From an uncultured Bacilli bacterium (lineage in GTDB: Bacteria > Bacillota_I > Bacilli_A > RF39 > UBA660): DNA of 64,000 nt. The stretch spans positions 323,188 through 387,187 of the forward strand of contig CAJUTK010000002.1 of NCBI GenBank assembly GCA_910589375.1, given 5' to 3'. Below the pieces are notes generated by a model that was given only the letters and a program-made list of their open reading frames with translations, was not told where the DNA came from and ran no database searches. The translations under genes and the position numbers were made by a program. The first letter of the stretch is position 1. The number at the start of each line of letters is the position of its first letter. Below are positions 19,350 through 28,873 of this stretch, piece by piece.

Positions 19350-20682
19350 TCAATCTAAATATTTAACAGTATCTACTATTAATCGATATTTAAAAGATCA
19401 ATTTGATCGAAATGAGCATCTTAGAACCGTATTTTTAAAAGGGGAAATTTCTAATTTTAAAGGACATACTACAGGACATTTATATTTTTCATTGAAAGAT
19501 GAAACTAGTAAAATTAATGCCATTATGTTTAGTAGAAATGCCAGTAAATTAACATTTCAACCAGTAGATGGAACTAAAGTGTTAGTAGTTGGTAGAATTG
19601 GTATTTATGAGGCTAGTGGTAGTTATCAGATATATGTAGAAGATATGCAGGAGGATGGGGTAGGGAATTTATATATTGCCTTTGAAAAATTAAAAGAACA
19701 ATTGTCAAAGGAAGGATTATTTGACCCCAAACATAAAAAGACTTTACCAAAGTATCCTACCAAGATAGGAATAGTAACAGCCCCAACAGGGGCAGCTATT
19801 AGAGATATTTTATCGACTATTAAAAGAAGATATCCTCTATGTGAAACTATCCTTTTTCCTAGTTTAGTGCAAGGTGAGTATGCTGCACCAGATATTGTTA
19901 GAAATATTAAAAGGGCAAATAACTATAATCTTGATTTATTGATTGTAGGTCGTGGTGGAGGCTCTATAGAAGATTTATGGGCTTTCAACGAGGAAATAGT
20001 GGCGCGAGCTATTTATGATTCTGAAGTACCTGTTATTAGTGCAGTTGGTCATGAGGTAGATTTTACAATTGCTGACTTTGTAGCGGATCATAGGGCCCCT
20101 ACACCAACTGGAGCGGCAGAGATGGCAGTTCCTAATGTAGTAGATTTATTAAAATATTTAAATCAATTACAAATTAGATTAGGGGAGTCTATTATAAAGA
20201 AAATTAATTATCAAAAACTAGTAATGGATTCTTTAAAAAACTCTTATGTTATTAAAAGCCCTATGATTATGTTTGATAATAAAAGACAGGCATTAGATTT
20301 ATTACATAATCAACTATTAGAAGGAATGAATGACTATTTAGAGGATAAAAAGGGTACACTTGAACAGTATAGGACACACTACATATTAAAAAATCCAAGA
20401 ATTCTTTATGAAAAGAAAAAGGAAATGGTTAGCAGATTTATAGTAGACTTAAATCGGACTATGATGAATATTATTGACAGAAAAAAAGTACGCATATGTC
20501 ATGATATAGAAAAACTAGAATTAGTAAATCCTTTAGAAGTATTGAAAAGGGGTTATTCGGTTTCTTATAGGGATGGTAATGTTATTAAAAATATAAAAGA
20601 TATTTCTATAGGAGATACAATTGAGGTAAGACTCCAAGATGGTGAACTTCAAGCTAAAGTAGAAAGTACAAAGGAGAAATAA
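19339..20682 (+). CDS. xseA: exodeoxyribonuclease VII large subunit
   Basis: N-terminal OB-fold ([25 protein letters not shown]) and catalytic core; overlaps nusB by 11 nt. Confidence 0.9.
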   Translation: MKPNQSKYLTVSTINRYLKDQFDRNEHLRTVFLKGEISNFKGHTTGHLYFSLKDETSKINAIMFSRNASKLTFQPVDGTKVLVVGRIGIYEASGSYQIYVEDMQEDGVGNLYIAFEKLKEQLSKEGLFDPKHKKTLPKYPTKIGIVTAPTGAAIRDILSTIKRRYPLCETILFPSLVQGEYAAPDIVRNIKRANNYNLDLLIVGRGGGSIEDLWAFNEEIVARAIYDSEVPVISAVGHEVDFTIADFVADHRAPTPTGAAEMAVPNVVDLLKYLNQLQIRLGESIIKKINYQKLVMDSLKNSYVIKSPMIMFDNKRQALDLLHNQLLEGMNDYLEDKKGTLEQYRTHYILKNPRILYEKKKEMVSRFIVDLNRTMMNIIDRKKVRICHDIEKLELVNPLEVLKRGYSVSYRDGNVIKNIKDISIGDTIEVRLQDGELQAKVESTKEK

Positions 20683-20683
20683 G

Positions 20684-20920
20684 ATGGCAAAAGAAAAAGA
20701 AGTAAAATTTGAAGATAAAATGGTAGAATTAGAGACGATTATTAATGAATTAGAGAACGGAGAAGTAGACTTAGATTCTTCTATTGAAAAATATACTAGA
20801 GCAATGAAATTAGTAAATGAATGTGATGAGAAACTAAAAAGTATAGAAGAACAAGTAAATAAGATAGTAAAAGAGGATGGAAGTTTAGAAGATTTTGAGA
20901 CAGAGGCTATAGAAGATTAG
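20684..20920 (+). CDS. xseB: exodeoxyribonuclease VII small subunit
   Basis: 78 aa, FEDKMVELETIINELENGEVDLDSSIEKYTRAMKL. Confidence 0.85.
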   Translation: MAKEKEVKFEDKMVELETIINELENGEVDLDSSIEKYTRAMKLVNECDEKLKSIEEQVNKIVKEDGSLEDFETEAIED

Positions 20921-20985
20921 TCTCTTTCTTTACTTTCATATTATAAATATGTTATAATACATTTCGTTTTGAGGAGGATAAGAGT

Positions 20986-21834
20986 ATGAACATAACCTTG
21001 AATTCAGTGGGGAACTCTCCAAAAACTTTTCATTTTCTAGACAATAGGACTGAAAATTCAAGTTTCTATAGTAAATTTTCTCATAGCTACAGTATGCAGA
21101 AAAACTATTTTTATTTAGAAAGAGCATTAGAAATTCCTTTTGGGGATTCTATTGTAGAGGGAAATTTTACTGTTTACAATATCAATATTTTAGAAGATGA
21201 TTTTATGAGTGCCTTTAAATTAGGCATGCATAATAGATGGAACTCTAAATTGAGAGAATCCTTTGATCCTGCTATTAATCCTTCTTTCTTTGAATCTTTA
21301 ATGACCCAGGAAGATTTAGAAAAAATAGAGTCTACTCTATACGCCGTCTTCAAACAATATGGTGAATTAGGATTAGAACTTGTTAGAACATTTAATTTAG
21401 CGCATGCTATTTGTGATTCTTGTCATTATATTGCTATTGATGATAAAGAGGATAAATATGATTTAGAAAGTTCAAATGGGAAAAAGATATTATACATAGA
21501 TGCAGATGCATTTGATCCTATTAGTCGCACGTTACAGGCATTAAGCTGTGATGATTTTGCTTATCATCCTAATGAGAATGTAAAAAGTGCGTTATTTGCT
21601 ATGCCATATTTATTATATAGAGGAGAGAATATGGTAAGTGAGCATGAGGTAAGAATGCTATTAAGAGAGATAGAGTATTCTATGAAGCATCCTGTAAAGC
21701 AAGAATTAGATAGAGATACTTACCATGAGGCATTAGGGATTGCAAGAAGCTTATTTTTAAAATATAATGAGGACTTAATTCCTAAAAAGGAAGCTCCTAA
21801 ACAATATAAAAAAGAGGAACCAAAAGATTCCTAA
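20986..21834 (+). CDS. hypothetical protein
   Basis: 282-aa ORF with RBS GAGGAGG. Confidence 0.45.
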   Translation: MNITLNSVGNSPKTFHFLDNRTENSSFYSKFSHSYSMQKNYFYLERALEIPFGDSIVEGNFTVYNINILEDDFMSAFKLGMHNRWNSKLRESFDPAINPSFFESLMTQEDLEKIESTLYAVFKQYGELGLELVRTFNLAHAICDSCHYIAIDDKEDKYDLESSNGKKILYIDADAFDPISRTLQALSCDDFAYHPNENVKSALFAMPYLLYRGENMVSEHEVRMLLREIEYSMKHPVKQELDRDTYHEALGIARSLFLKYNEDLIPKKEAPKQYKKEEPKDS

Positions 21835-21893
21835 ATTTTTGAATAAAACAAAAGGGATTTTATAATGGTCTCTTTTTTTGCGAAATTTAGTTA

Positions 21894-21922
21894 TTGACAA
21901 ATACTCTCATTTGCACTATAAT
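21894..21922 (+). promoter_or_regulatory. consensus sigma-A promoter (TTGACA-17-TATAAT) driving the T-box leader
   Basis: TTGACA at 21894-21899, 17-nt spacer, TATAAT at 21917-21922. Confidence 0.8.
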
Positions 21923-21929
21923 GAATTCA

Positions 21930-22180
21930 TAAGCGTTTTGACGTGGGAGAAGTAAAAATAAAAACGAGTTTAAGCGAGTTAGGTATGGTGAGAGCTAACA
22001 ATGACGTTTATTTTGAATAACACCCACTAGTTGTTGAACTGAAACAATAGTAAGTTTAATCGGAAGTAATCCGTTACCACATTACACAACTTTAATAGAA
22101 GTTGATGAAGTGGCCAAGTGTATTGGCAATTTGGGTGGCACCGCGGATTAGATTCGTCCCATAATAGGACGAAATAGTGT
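21930..22180 (+). promoter_or_regulatory. T-box riboswitch leader with a tRNA-Asn specifier (AAC at 22019-22021 followed by A); T-box sequence at 22128-22146; terminator hairpin at 22151-22175
   Basis: AATTTGGGTGGCACCGCGG matches the T-box consensus AATTAGGGTGGTACCGCGG at 17/19 positions; the variable bulge base in UGGC is complementary to the discriminator G of the downstream tRNA-Asn; the terminator (GATTCGTCC...GGACGAA) shares its 5' arm with the antiterminator 3' strand; Stem I GUGGG...CCCAC carries an AAUAACA loop. Confidence 0.8.
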
Positions 22181-22184
22181 ATTT

Positions 22185-22260
22185 GCTCAATTAGCTCAGT
22201 TGGTAGAGCATCCGGCTGTTAACCGGCAGGTCGTAGGTCCGAGTCCTACATTGAGCGCCA
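22185..22260 (+). tRNA. tRNA-Asn (anticodon GUU), CCA encoded
   Basis: manual cloverleaf: acceptor GCTCAAT/ATTGAGC, D-arm AGCTCAGTTGGTAGAGC, anticodon loop CTGTTAA, T-arm GTAGGTCCGAGTCCTAC, discriminator G, CCA. Confidence 0.9.
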
Positions 22261-22267
22261 TTTTGTT

Positions 22268-22343
22268 GCCTGATTAGCTCAGTTGGTAGAGCATCCGGCT
22301 GTTAACCGGCAGGTCGTAGGTCCGAGTCCTACATCAGGCGCCA
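22268..22343 (+). tRNA. tRNA-Asn (anticodon GUU), second tandem copy, CCA encoded
   Basis: identical to the first copy except for the acceptor stem (GCCTGAT/ATCAGGC). Confidence 0.9.
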
Positions 22344-22357
22344 TTAGAATATAAAAT

Positions 22358-22390
22358 AAGTCCTATGTTTTTAGGACTTATTTTTATTTA
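22358..22390 (+). terminator. intrinsic terminator-like hairpin between the tRNA-Asn genes and gatC (possibly leaky, or a processing site)
   Basis: AAGTCCTA-tgttttt-TAGGACTT followed by ATTTTTATTT. Confidence 0.6.
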
Positions 22391-22404
22391 TATAAGGAGG
22401 AGCT

Positions 22405-22710
22405 ATGGAAAGAAAATTTACAAAAAAAATGGTAGACGATTATGCAGATAAATTACTAATTGGTCTAACAGAAGAAGAAAACAAGATGGTATTAGAGGAA
22501 TTTGATATTATTGATGCCCAAATCGATATTATTAATTCTATACCTGATATTAGTGAAGTAACACCTATGACCCACTGTCTAGATGACTTTGTCTATGAGT
22601 TAAGAGAAGATGAGGACGATGAAGAAGGTTCTGTTCCAATCGATGACTTACTTTCTAACTGTGATGACTATGTAGGTGATGAAATTAGAGTACCAAAGGT
22701 GGTGGGATAA
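22405..22710 (+). CDS. gatC: aspartyl/glutamyl-tRNA(Asn/Gln) amidotransferase subunit C
   Basis: 101 aa, GatC-like; RBS AAGGAGGAG. Confidence 0.85.
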   Translation: MERKFTKKMVDDYADKLLIGLTEEENKMVLEEFDIIDAQIDIINSIPDISEVTPMTHCLDDFVYELREDEDDEEGSVPIDDLLSNCDDYVGDEIRVPKVVG

Positions 22711-24167
22711 TGAAATACATGGATAAAAGTATTAAAGAAATTCATGAAGTACTAAAAAATGGTGAAGTAAAATCAAAAGAATTAATTGAAGAATCATTAG
22801 AGAAATCAAAAGAAGTACAAGAGAAGTGTAATGCCTTTGTAACGATTTTAGAGGATGCTAAAGAAGTACCTGTTACAGATGATTTATTATCAGGAATTCC
22901 TTATGGAATTAAAGATAACTATAGTACCAAAGGAATATTAAGTACAGGTTCTAGTAATACCTTAAAAGACTATGTACCATTTTTTACCGCAACTGCAATA
23001 GAAAATCTAGAGAGTCATGGAGCAGTTGCTACCAATAAAACCGTATTAGATGAATTTGGTATGGGAGGAACTGGAACGACTGGTCATACAGGAATTGTAA
23101 AAAATCCATGGGATACTACTCGTATGTGTGCGGGATCTAGTGCTGGATCTGCCTGTGCGGTTGCTGCTGGAGTATATCCATATGCAACAGGATCTGATAC
23201 GGGAGACTCTATTCGTAAACCAGCAGCTTATTGTGGAATTGTCGGATATAAACCAACTTATGGAATGATATCTAGATATGGATTATTCCCATTTGCTTCT
23301 AGCCTAGATCACTGTGGAGTCCTTGCTCGTAGTGTAGAAGACGCTAGTATTGTCGTAGATGCTATGAAAGGTATCGATAAGAATGATATGACAAGTTGGG
23401 ATTCTAAAGATATTCATCTATATGATTCTTTAACAGGTGATGTTAAGGGTAAAAAAGTATGTACCATTAAAGAAATTAGTAATCCATCTATGTATCCAAA
23501 TGCTTCTTCAGAATTAAAAGAGCATTTAGAAAACTTCCAGAAAGCTTTAGAGCATTTTAAAGAATTAGGAGTAGAAGTAGAAGAAGTATCTGTAGATTCT
23601 AAATTATTAAATGCTTTAGCTTCTGTTTATGTTGTTATCTCTTGTGCGGAAGCAACTTCTAACATGTCTAATTTAACAGGAATTGTTTTTGGACCAAGAG
23701 CAAATGCGGATAACTATATTGATATGATGAAGAAATATCGTACAGAGGGATTTTCACCATTAATCAAAAGAAGATTTGTAATCGGTTCTTACGTGTTACA
23801 AGCAGAGAATAAAGAAAGATATTTCCACAATGCTCAAAGAGTAAGAAGATTACTAGTAGATCGTTGGAAAGAAATATTCAAAAGTTTTGATGCTGTTATC
23901 TTACCAGTAGGTAGTGGCCCTGCAAAACATTTAGATAATTCAGAAGATATTCTAGATGAAAATACAGGAGTATTAGAAGAACACTTACAGATTGGTAACT
24001 TTGGAGGATTCCCATCTATTACGATTCCAGATGGATTTGTAAGTGGACTTCCAGTAGGCCTTAATATTACAGGTAATTGTTATGATGATGTAAACGTATT
24101 AAACTTAGCCTATGCATTAGAATCTAGCATGCCTTATAAAAATCAAGTAGCAAAGGAGGAAAAGTAA
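22710..24167 (+). CDS. gatA: aspartyl/glutamyl-tRNA amidotransferase subunit A
   Basis: amidase signature (GGSSAGSACAVAAG...DTGDSIRKPAAYCG); overlaps gatC by 1 nt. Confidence 0.9.
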   Translation: MKYMDKSIKEIHEVLKNGEVKSKELIEESLEKSKEVQEKCNAFVTILEDAKEVPVTDDLLSGIPYGIKDNYSTKGILSTGSSNTLKDYVPFFTATAIENLESHGAVATNKTVLDEFGMGGTGTTGHTGIVKNPWDTTRMCAGSSAGSACAVAAGVYPYATGSDTGDSIRKPAAYCGIVGYKPTYGMISRYGLFPFASSLDHCGVLARSVEDASIVVDAMKGIDKNDMTSWDSKDIHLYDSLTGDVKGKKVCTIKEISNPSMYPNASSELKEHLENFQKALEHFKELGVEVEEVSVDSKLLNALASVYVVISCAEATSNMSNLTGIVFGPRANADNYIDMMKKYRTEGFSPLIKRRFVIGSYVLQAENKERYFHNAQRVRRLLVDRWKEIFKSFDAVILPVGSGPAKHLDNSEDILDENTGVLEEHLQIGNFGGFPSITIPDGFVSGLPVGLNITGNCYDDVNVLNLAYALESSMPYKNQVAKEEK

Positions 24168-25624
24168 TGGATAATTATCAAGTATTAATCGGTTTAGAGA
24201 TGCACTGTGAAATTAGCGAGACAAAAACTAAAGTATTTTCAAGCGCTAAAAACGGATACAGTGATACACCAAACTCTTATATTAGACCACTCGATATGGC
24301 TTTTCCAGGAACTTTGCCGGTTGTTAATAAAGAAGCAGTCGCACTTGCTTTAAAAGCAAGTATGATACTACACTGTTCACAACCAGAATATCTTTATTTT
24401 GAAAGAAAGAACTATTACTATCCAGATTTACCAAAAGGATATCAGATTACACAGGAGACAAAACCTGCACCAGTAGGTAGTTTTGGATATTTAGATTTCG
24501 ATTGTAAAGGAGAAACAAAAAGAGTACGTATCAATAACATTCACCTAGAAGAAGATGCTGCATCATCGGATCATTATCCAACATTTTCAACAATTGATTA
24601 TAACCGTGCTGGAGTGCCACTTCTAGAACTTGTTACAGAACCAGATATGCATTCAGCAGAAGAAGCAGTAGCCTTCCTAGAGACGATGAGGTCTATCTAC
24701 CAGTATGCAGGAATTAGTGAAGCAGATAGTAGAAAAGGACAGATTCGTTGTGATGTAAACGTATCTATTATGGAAAAAGATAAAGATCCATCAGACCCTA
24801 AAAACTGGGGAACCAAAGTAGAGATGAAAAACGTAAACTCTTTTGGTGGTGTAAGAGACGCTATCAACTATGAAATTGATAGACAAATTGCTTTAAAAGA
24901 AGATGGGACCTATGATGAGATGGAACAACAAACCCGTAGATGGGACGAAGATACTTTCTCAACCATCTATATGAGAAGTAAAGCCGATGCAATTGACTAC
25001 AAATACTTTGTAGAACCAAATATTCCAAAATTTAAAATCAGCGAATCTTGGCTAGAGAGCATTCGTGCTAGTATTCCAGAGCTTGCTTCTGAAAGAAAAG
25101 AAAAGTACATGAATGAATATAACTTATCAGAATATGATTCTACTATTCTAGTAAAAGAAAAAGCAATCTCTGACTTCTATGAAGAAGTAATTTCTCTAGG
25201 GGGAGAAGCAAAAGGTGCTGCAAATTGGTTAACTAGTGTTATTTTAGGATATCTAAATAAAGAAGAATTAGAAATGAAAGATTTATATCTTACTCCTAAA
25301 ATGTTAGTAGACCTAATGAATATGGTTCGAGATGGTAAGATTTCTTCAAAACAGAGTAAGCAAGTACTTTCTAAAGTATTAGAAGATAAAAAAGAACCTA
25401 GTGTTATTGTTGAAGAATTAGGAATGAAACAAATAGGAGACGATAAGACTATTCGTGATATCGTTGTTAAAGTATTAGATGAACACCCAGATTTAATAGA
25501 AGATCATAGAAAAGGAAAGAACACATTTGATTTCTTTGTAGGACAAGTAATGAAAGCCACTCGTGGACAAGCTAATCCAAGTTTAACGGCTGATATTATT
25601 AGAGAAGAAATTGATAAGAGATAG
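24167..25624 (+). CDS. gatB: aspartyl/glutamyl-tRNA amidotransferase subunit B
   Basis: YQVLIGLEMHCEI start region and the C-terminal GatB/YqeY-like domain. Confidence 0.9.
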   Translation: MDNYQVLIGLEMHCEISETKTKVFSSAKNGYSDTPNSYIRPLDMAFPGTLPVVNKEAVALALKASMILHCSQPEYLYFERKNYYYPDLPKGYQITQETKPAPVGSFGYLDFDCKGETKRVRINNIHLEEDAASSDHYPTFSTIDYNRAGVPLLELVTEPDMHSAEEAVAFLETMRSIYQYAGISEADSRKGQIRCDVNVSIMEKDKDPSDPKNWGTKVEMKNVNSFGGVRDAINYEIDRQIALKEDGTYDEMEQQTRRWDEDTFSTIYMRSKADAIDYKYFVEPNIPKFKISESWLESIRASIPELASERKEKYMNEYNLSEYDSTILVKEKAISDFYEEVISLGGEAKGAANWLTSVILGYLNKEELEMKDLYLTPKMLVDLMNMVRDGKISSKQSKQVLSKVLEDKKEPSVIVEELGMKQIGDDKTIRDIVVKVLDEHPDLIEDHRKGKNTFDFFVGQVMKATRGQANPSLTADIIREEIDKR

Positions 25625-25632
25625 GTGATAAT

Positions 25633-27012
25633 ATGATATTAGATATTAAAGAAATAGAAAATAAAAAAGACGACTATTTAAATAAAGAAGTAACTGTTCA
25701 AGGTTGGATTAGAAATCATCGTAAACAAAAAGAATTTGGTTTTATTGATTTTAGTGATGGAACTAGTTTCAATCATTTACAAGTGGTTTATGATAATAAA
25801 TTATCTAACTTTGATAGTATTACGAAACTACATATTGGAAGTGCGATTACGGTAACTGGAACACTCGTTCCTTCTCCAAAAGAAGGACAGGCTATGGAAC
25901 TTCAAGTAAGTAGTTTAGTACTAGAGGGAGACTGTCCAGAAGACTACCCAATACAACCAAAAAGACATACTCGTGAATTCTTAAGAGAATGTGCTTATTT
26001 AAGACCTAGAACCAACTTATTTCAAGCTGTATTTAGAGTAAGAAGTGTAGCAGCTCATGCTATTCATACTTATTTTCAAGAAAGAGGATACGTTTATTTC
26101 CATGCACCTATTATTACAGCAAGTGACTGTGAAGGGGCAGGAGAGATGTTTCAAGTAACAACTCTAGATTTAGAGAAGGTAGCCTCATCTGGAAAAGTAG
26201 ACTACGATAAAGACTTCTTTGGGAAACAAGCGGCATTAACCGTATCAGGACAATTACAAGCAGAAACGTTTGCGTTAGCGTACAAAAAAACGTATACCTT
26301 TGGACCAACTTTTAGAGCTGAAAATTCTAATACGAAAACACATGCTTCAGAATTTTGGATGATTGAGCCAGAAGTAGCGTTCTGTGATTTAAATGGGGAT
26401 ATGGATATCATGGAAGAGATGCTTAAATTTGTTGTTCAATATGTATTAGATCATTGTCCAGACGAAATTAAATTCTTTGATGAATTTGTAGAAAAGGGAT
26501 TAAAGGAAAAATTAGAGAAGTTAGTTGCTTCAGAATTTACTAGAATTGACCATGAAGAAGTTATCTCTATCTTAAAGAAAGCAGATGTGAAATGGGAATT
26601 TGAACCAGAGTATGGGGAAGATATTGCCAAAGAACATGAAAAATATATTACTGAATACTTTCATGGACCAGTATTTATTAAGAACTGGCCAAAAGATATT
26701 AAAGCCTTCTATATGAAACAAAACCCAGATGGCAAAACCGTTGCAGCAGTTGACCTTGAAGTTCCTGGTGCTGGAGAGTTAATGGGTGGTTCTGAGAGGG
26801 AAGCAGATTATGATAAGTTAGTAACTCGTATGAAAGAGATGAACATGTCTAGCGAGGGATTAGAATGGTACTTAAACTTACGTAAATACGGTGGTTGCGT
26901 ACATTCTGGTTTCGGTATGGGATTTGAAAGATTACTAATTTATTTAACAGGTGTTGAAAACATAAGAGACGTTATCCCTTATGCTAGAACACCAAGATCT
27001 TGCGAATTTTAA
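25633..27012 (+). CDS. asnS: asparagine--tRNA ligase
   Basis: 459 aa, class IIb; motif 2 FRAENSNTKTHASEFWMIEPE; motif 3 GGCVHSGFGMGFERL. Confidence 0.85.
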   Translation: MILDIKEIENKKDDYLNKEVTVQGWIRNHRKQKEFGFIDFSDGTSFNHLQVVYDNKLSNFDSITKLHIGSAITVTGTLVPSPKEGQAMELQVSSLVLEGDCPEDYPIQPKRHTREFLRECAYLRPRTNLFQAVFRVRSVAAHAIHTYFQERGYVYFHAPIITASDCEGAGEMFQVTTLDLEKVASSGKVDYDKDFFGKQAALTVSGQLQAETFALAYKKTYTFGPTFRAENSNTKTHASEFWMIEPEVAFCDLNGDMDIMEEMLKFVVQYVLDHCPDEIKFFDEFVEKGLKEKLEKLVASEFTRIDHEEVISILKKADVKWEFEPEYGEDIAKEHEKYITEYFHGPVFIKNWPKDIKAFYMKQNPDGKTVAAVDLEVPGAGELMGGSEREADYDKLVTRMKEMNMSSEGLEWYLNLRKYGGCVHSGFGMGFERLLIYLTGVENIRDVIPYARTPRSCEF

Positions 27013-27040
27013 ACTGAAAAAAATAAGGGGAGTGAAAGGG

Positions 27041-28783
27041 ATGAAAACAAAATATCGTACTATCTATTGTGGCAAAGTAAGTGAAGAAGAACTTGGAAAA
27101 GAAGTTCGTATTGCAGGATGGGTAGAAAATATAAGAGACCATGGAGGAGTAATATTTGTAGATATCAGAGATGAAGAAGGAACTGTTCAGGCTGTAAGTA
27201 ATGATGATTCCATATTCAAACATTTAACGCGTGAATCATCTGTTACGATTACTGGTACAGTTCGGAAAAGAAGCGAAGATGACTACAACCCAAGACTTAA
27301 AACAGGTACTGTTGAAATATTAGTATCTACTTTAGAAGTATTAGGAACTTCTTTAAATGAACTTCCATTTGAAGTAATGAGTTCTACTAGTGTATCAGAA
27401 GATATTCGTCTAAAGTATCGTTATTTAGATTTACGAAATGAAAAAGTTCATAGTAATATCAAATTACGTAGTGAACTACTAAAATTTCTTAGAAATAAAA
27501 TGGATACATTAGGGTTTACAGAAGTGCAAACTCCAATTATTACCGCTTCTAGTCCAGAAGGTGCTCGTGATTTTATTATTCCATCTCGTAAATTTAAAGG
27601 AAAATTCTATGCTTTACCACAAGCTCCACAAGTATTTAAAGAATTACTGATGGTAGGTGGTTTTGATAAGTATTATCAGATTGCTCCTTGTTTTAGAGAT
27701 GAGGATTGCCGCAGTGATCGGACATTAGAATTTTATCAATTAGATTTTGAAATGGCTTTTGTTAGTGAAGAAGATGTCTATGAGATAGGAGAAGAAGTCT
27801 TCTATGAAACTTTTAAACATTTTAGCGATAGAGAGATTAGTCCAAGACCATTTAGAAGAATTTCTTATCGAGATGCGATGCTAAAATATGGAACAGATAA
27901 GCCAGATTTACGAAATCCATTAGAGATTCAAGATATCAGTGAGTTATTTGTTAGTAGTGAATTTAAACCATTTAGAGGAAGTATCGTTCGTTCTATTACG
28001 GTAGATGGTATTGCTAGTTATCCAAATAGTTGGTTTAATGAAGTAGTAGATTATGCTTCTTCAATCGGTATGCCAGGTATTGGTTATTTAAGTGTAATGG
28101 AGGATAATACTTTTAAAGGACCTATTGATAAATTCTTGAAAGAGGAAGATAGAAAATTATTAATGGAAAAAGCTAATTTAAAAGTAGGTAGTGTCGTATT
28201 CTTTATTGCCGATAGAAAAGAATTAGTGGCTGCTAAAGAGGCAGGTATGATTCGTGCCTATTTAGGAAATAAATTAGATTTGATTGATAAGAATAAATAT
28301 GAATTCTGCATTATTAATAATTTCCCAATGTTTGAATACGATGAACAAACTCATAAATATGAATTCTGCCATAATCCATTTAGTATGCCTCATGGTGGGT
28401 TAGAAGGATTAGATAATAAGGATATCGATTCGATATTAGCTTATCAATATGACTTTGTATGTAATGGAAATGAGATGGCTAGTGGTGCCGTTCGTAATCA
28501 TGATATCAAGTGTTTAGAGAAAGCATTCTCTATCGTAGGCTATGATAAATCTGTATTAGAAACAAGATTTGCCTCTTTATATAATGCCTTCCAATTTGGA
28601 GCGCCTCCTCATGCAGGAATGGCTCCAGGAATAGATAGAATGTTAATGCTTTTAAAAGATGAACCAAACTTAAGAGAAGTGCAAGCATTTCCTATGAGTG
28701 TTAGTGGACAAGATATGATGATGAACTCACCTAGTGAAGTAACAGAAGAACAATTAAGAGAAGTTCATATTAAGATAAGATAA
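27041..28783 (+). CDS. aspS: aspartate--tRNA ligase, bacterial type (discriminating or non-discriminating cannot be told from sequence)
   Basis: QLDFEMAF and GAPPHAGMAPGIDRMLML motifs and the GAD insertion domain; preferred start MKTKYRT follows RBS AAGGGGAGTGAAAGGG (the track ORF starts at 26981). Confidence 0.85.
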   Translation: MKTKYRTIYCGKVSEEELGKEVRIAGWVENIRDHGGVIFVDIRDEEGTVQAVSNDDSIFKHLTRESSVTITGTVRKRSEDDYNPRLKTGTVEILVSTLEVLGTSLNELPFEVMSSTSVSEDIRLKYRYLDLRNEKVHSNIKLRSELLKFLRNKMDTLGFTEVQTPIITASSPEGARDFIIPSRKFKGKFYALPQAPQVFKELLMVGGFDKYYQIAPCFRDEDCRSDRTLEFYQLDFEMAFVSEEDVYEIGEEVFYETFKHFSDREISPRPFRRISYRDAMLKYGTDKPDLRNPLEIQDISELFVSSEFKPFRGSIVRSITVDGIASYPNSWFNEVVDYASSIGMPGIGYLSVMEDNTFKGPIDKFLKEEDRKLLMEKANLKVGSVVFFIADRKELVAAKEAGMIRAYLGNKLDLIDKNKYEFCIINNFPMFEYDEQTHKYEFCHNPFSMPHGGLEGLDNKDIDSILAYQYDFVCNGNEMASGAVRNHDIKCLEKAFSIVGYDKSVLETRFASLYNAFQFGAPPHAGMAPGIDRMLMLLKDEPNLREVQAFPMSVSGQDMMMNSPSEVTEEQLREVHIKIR

Positions 28784-28790
28784 AAAATAA

Positions 28791-28830
28791 AGGTCTATTT
28801 ACATTTATTTGTAAATAGACTTTTTATTTA
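28791..28830 (+). terminator. rho-independent terminator ending the gat-asnS-aspS operon
   Basis: GTCTATTTACA-tttatt-TGTAAATAGAC followed by a T-rich run. Confidence 0.8.
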
Positions 28831-28873
28831 CTCTAAAATCCTATATAATGAAAATAAGATAGGTAGTGGTAGC

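Noticed and set aside
22151-22184. Doubt that the leader is a real T-box, because its terminator is followed by only a moderately U-rich tract (AUAGUGUAUUUG)
   Set aside because: The 17/19 T-box consensus match, the antiterminator/terminator arm sharing, the AAC-A specifier and the UGGC/GCCA covariation with the downstream tRNA are together too specific to be chance. A weak U-tract may simply mean leakier termination.
26981-27040. Longer aspS start at 26981, overlapping the asnS end
   Set aside because: The ATG at 27041 has a strong RBS (AAGGGGAGTGAAAGGG) and yields the canonical AspRS N-terminus; the extension has no support. Similar reasoning placed the starts of nusB at 18933, mutS at 53230, the yjjX-like gene at 10230 and the P-loop kinase gene at 5890.
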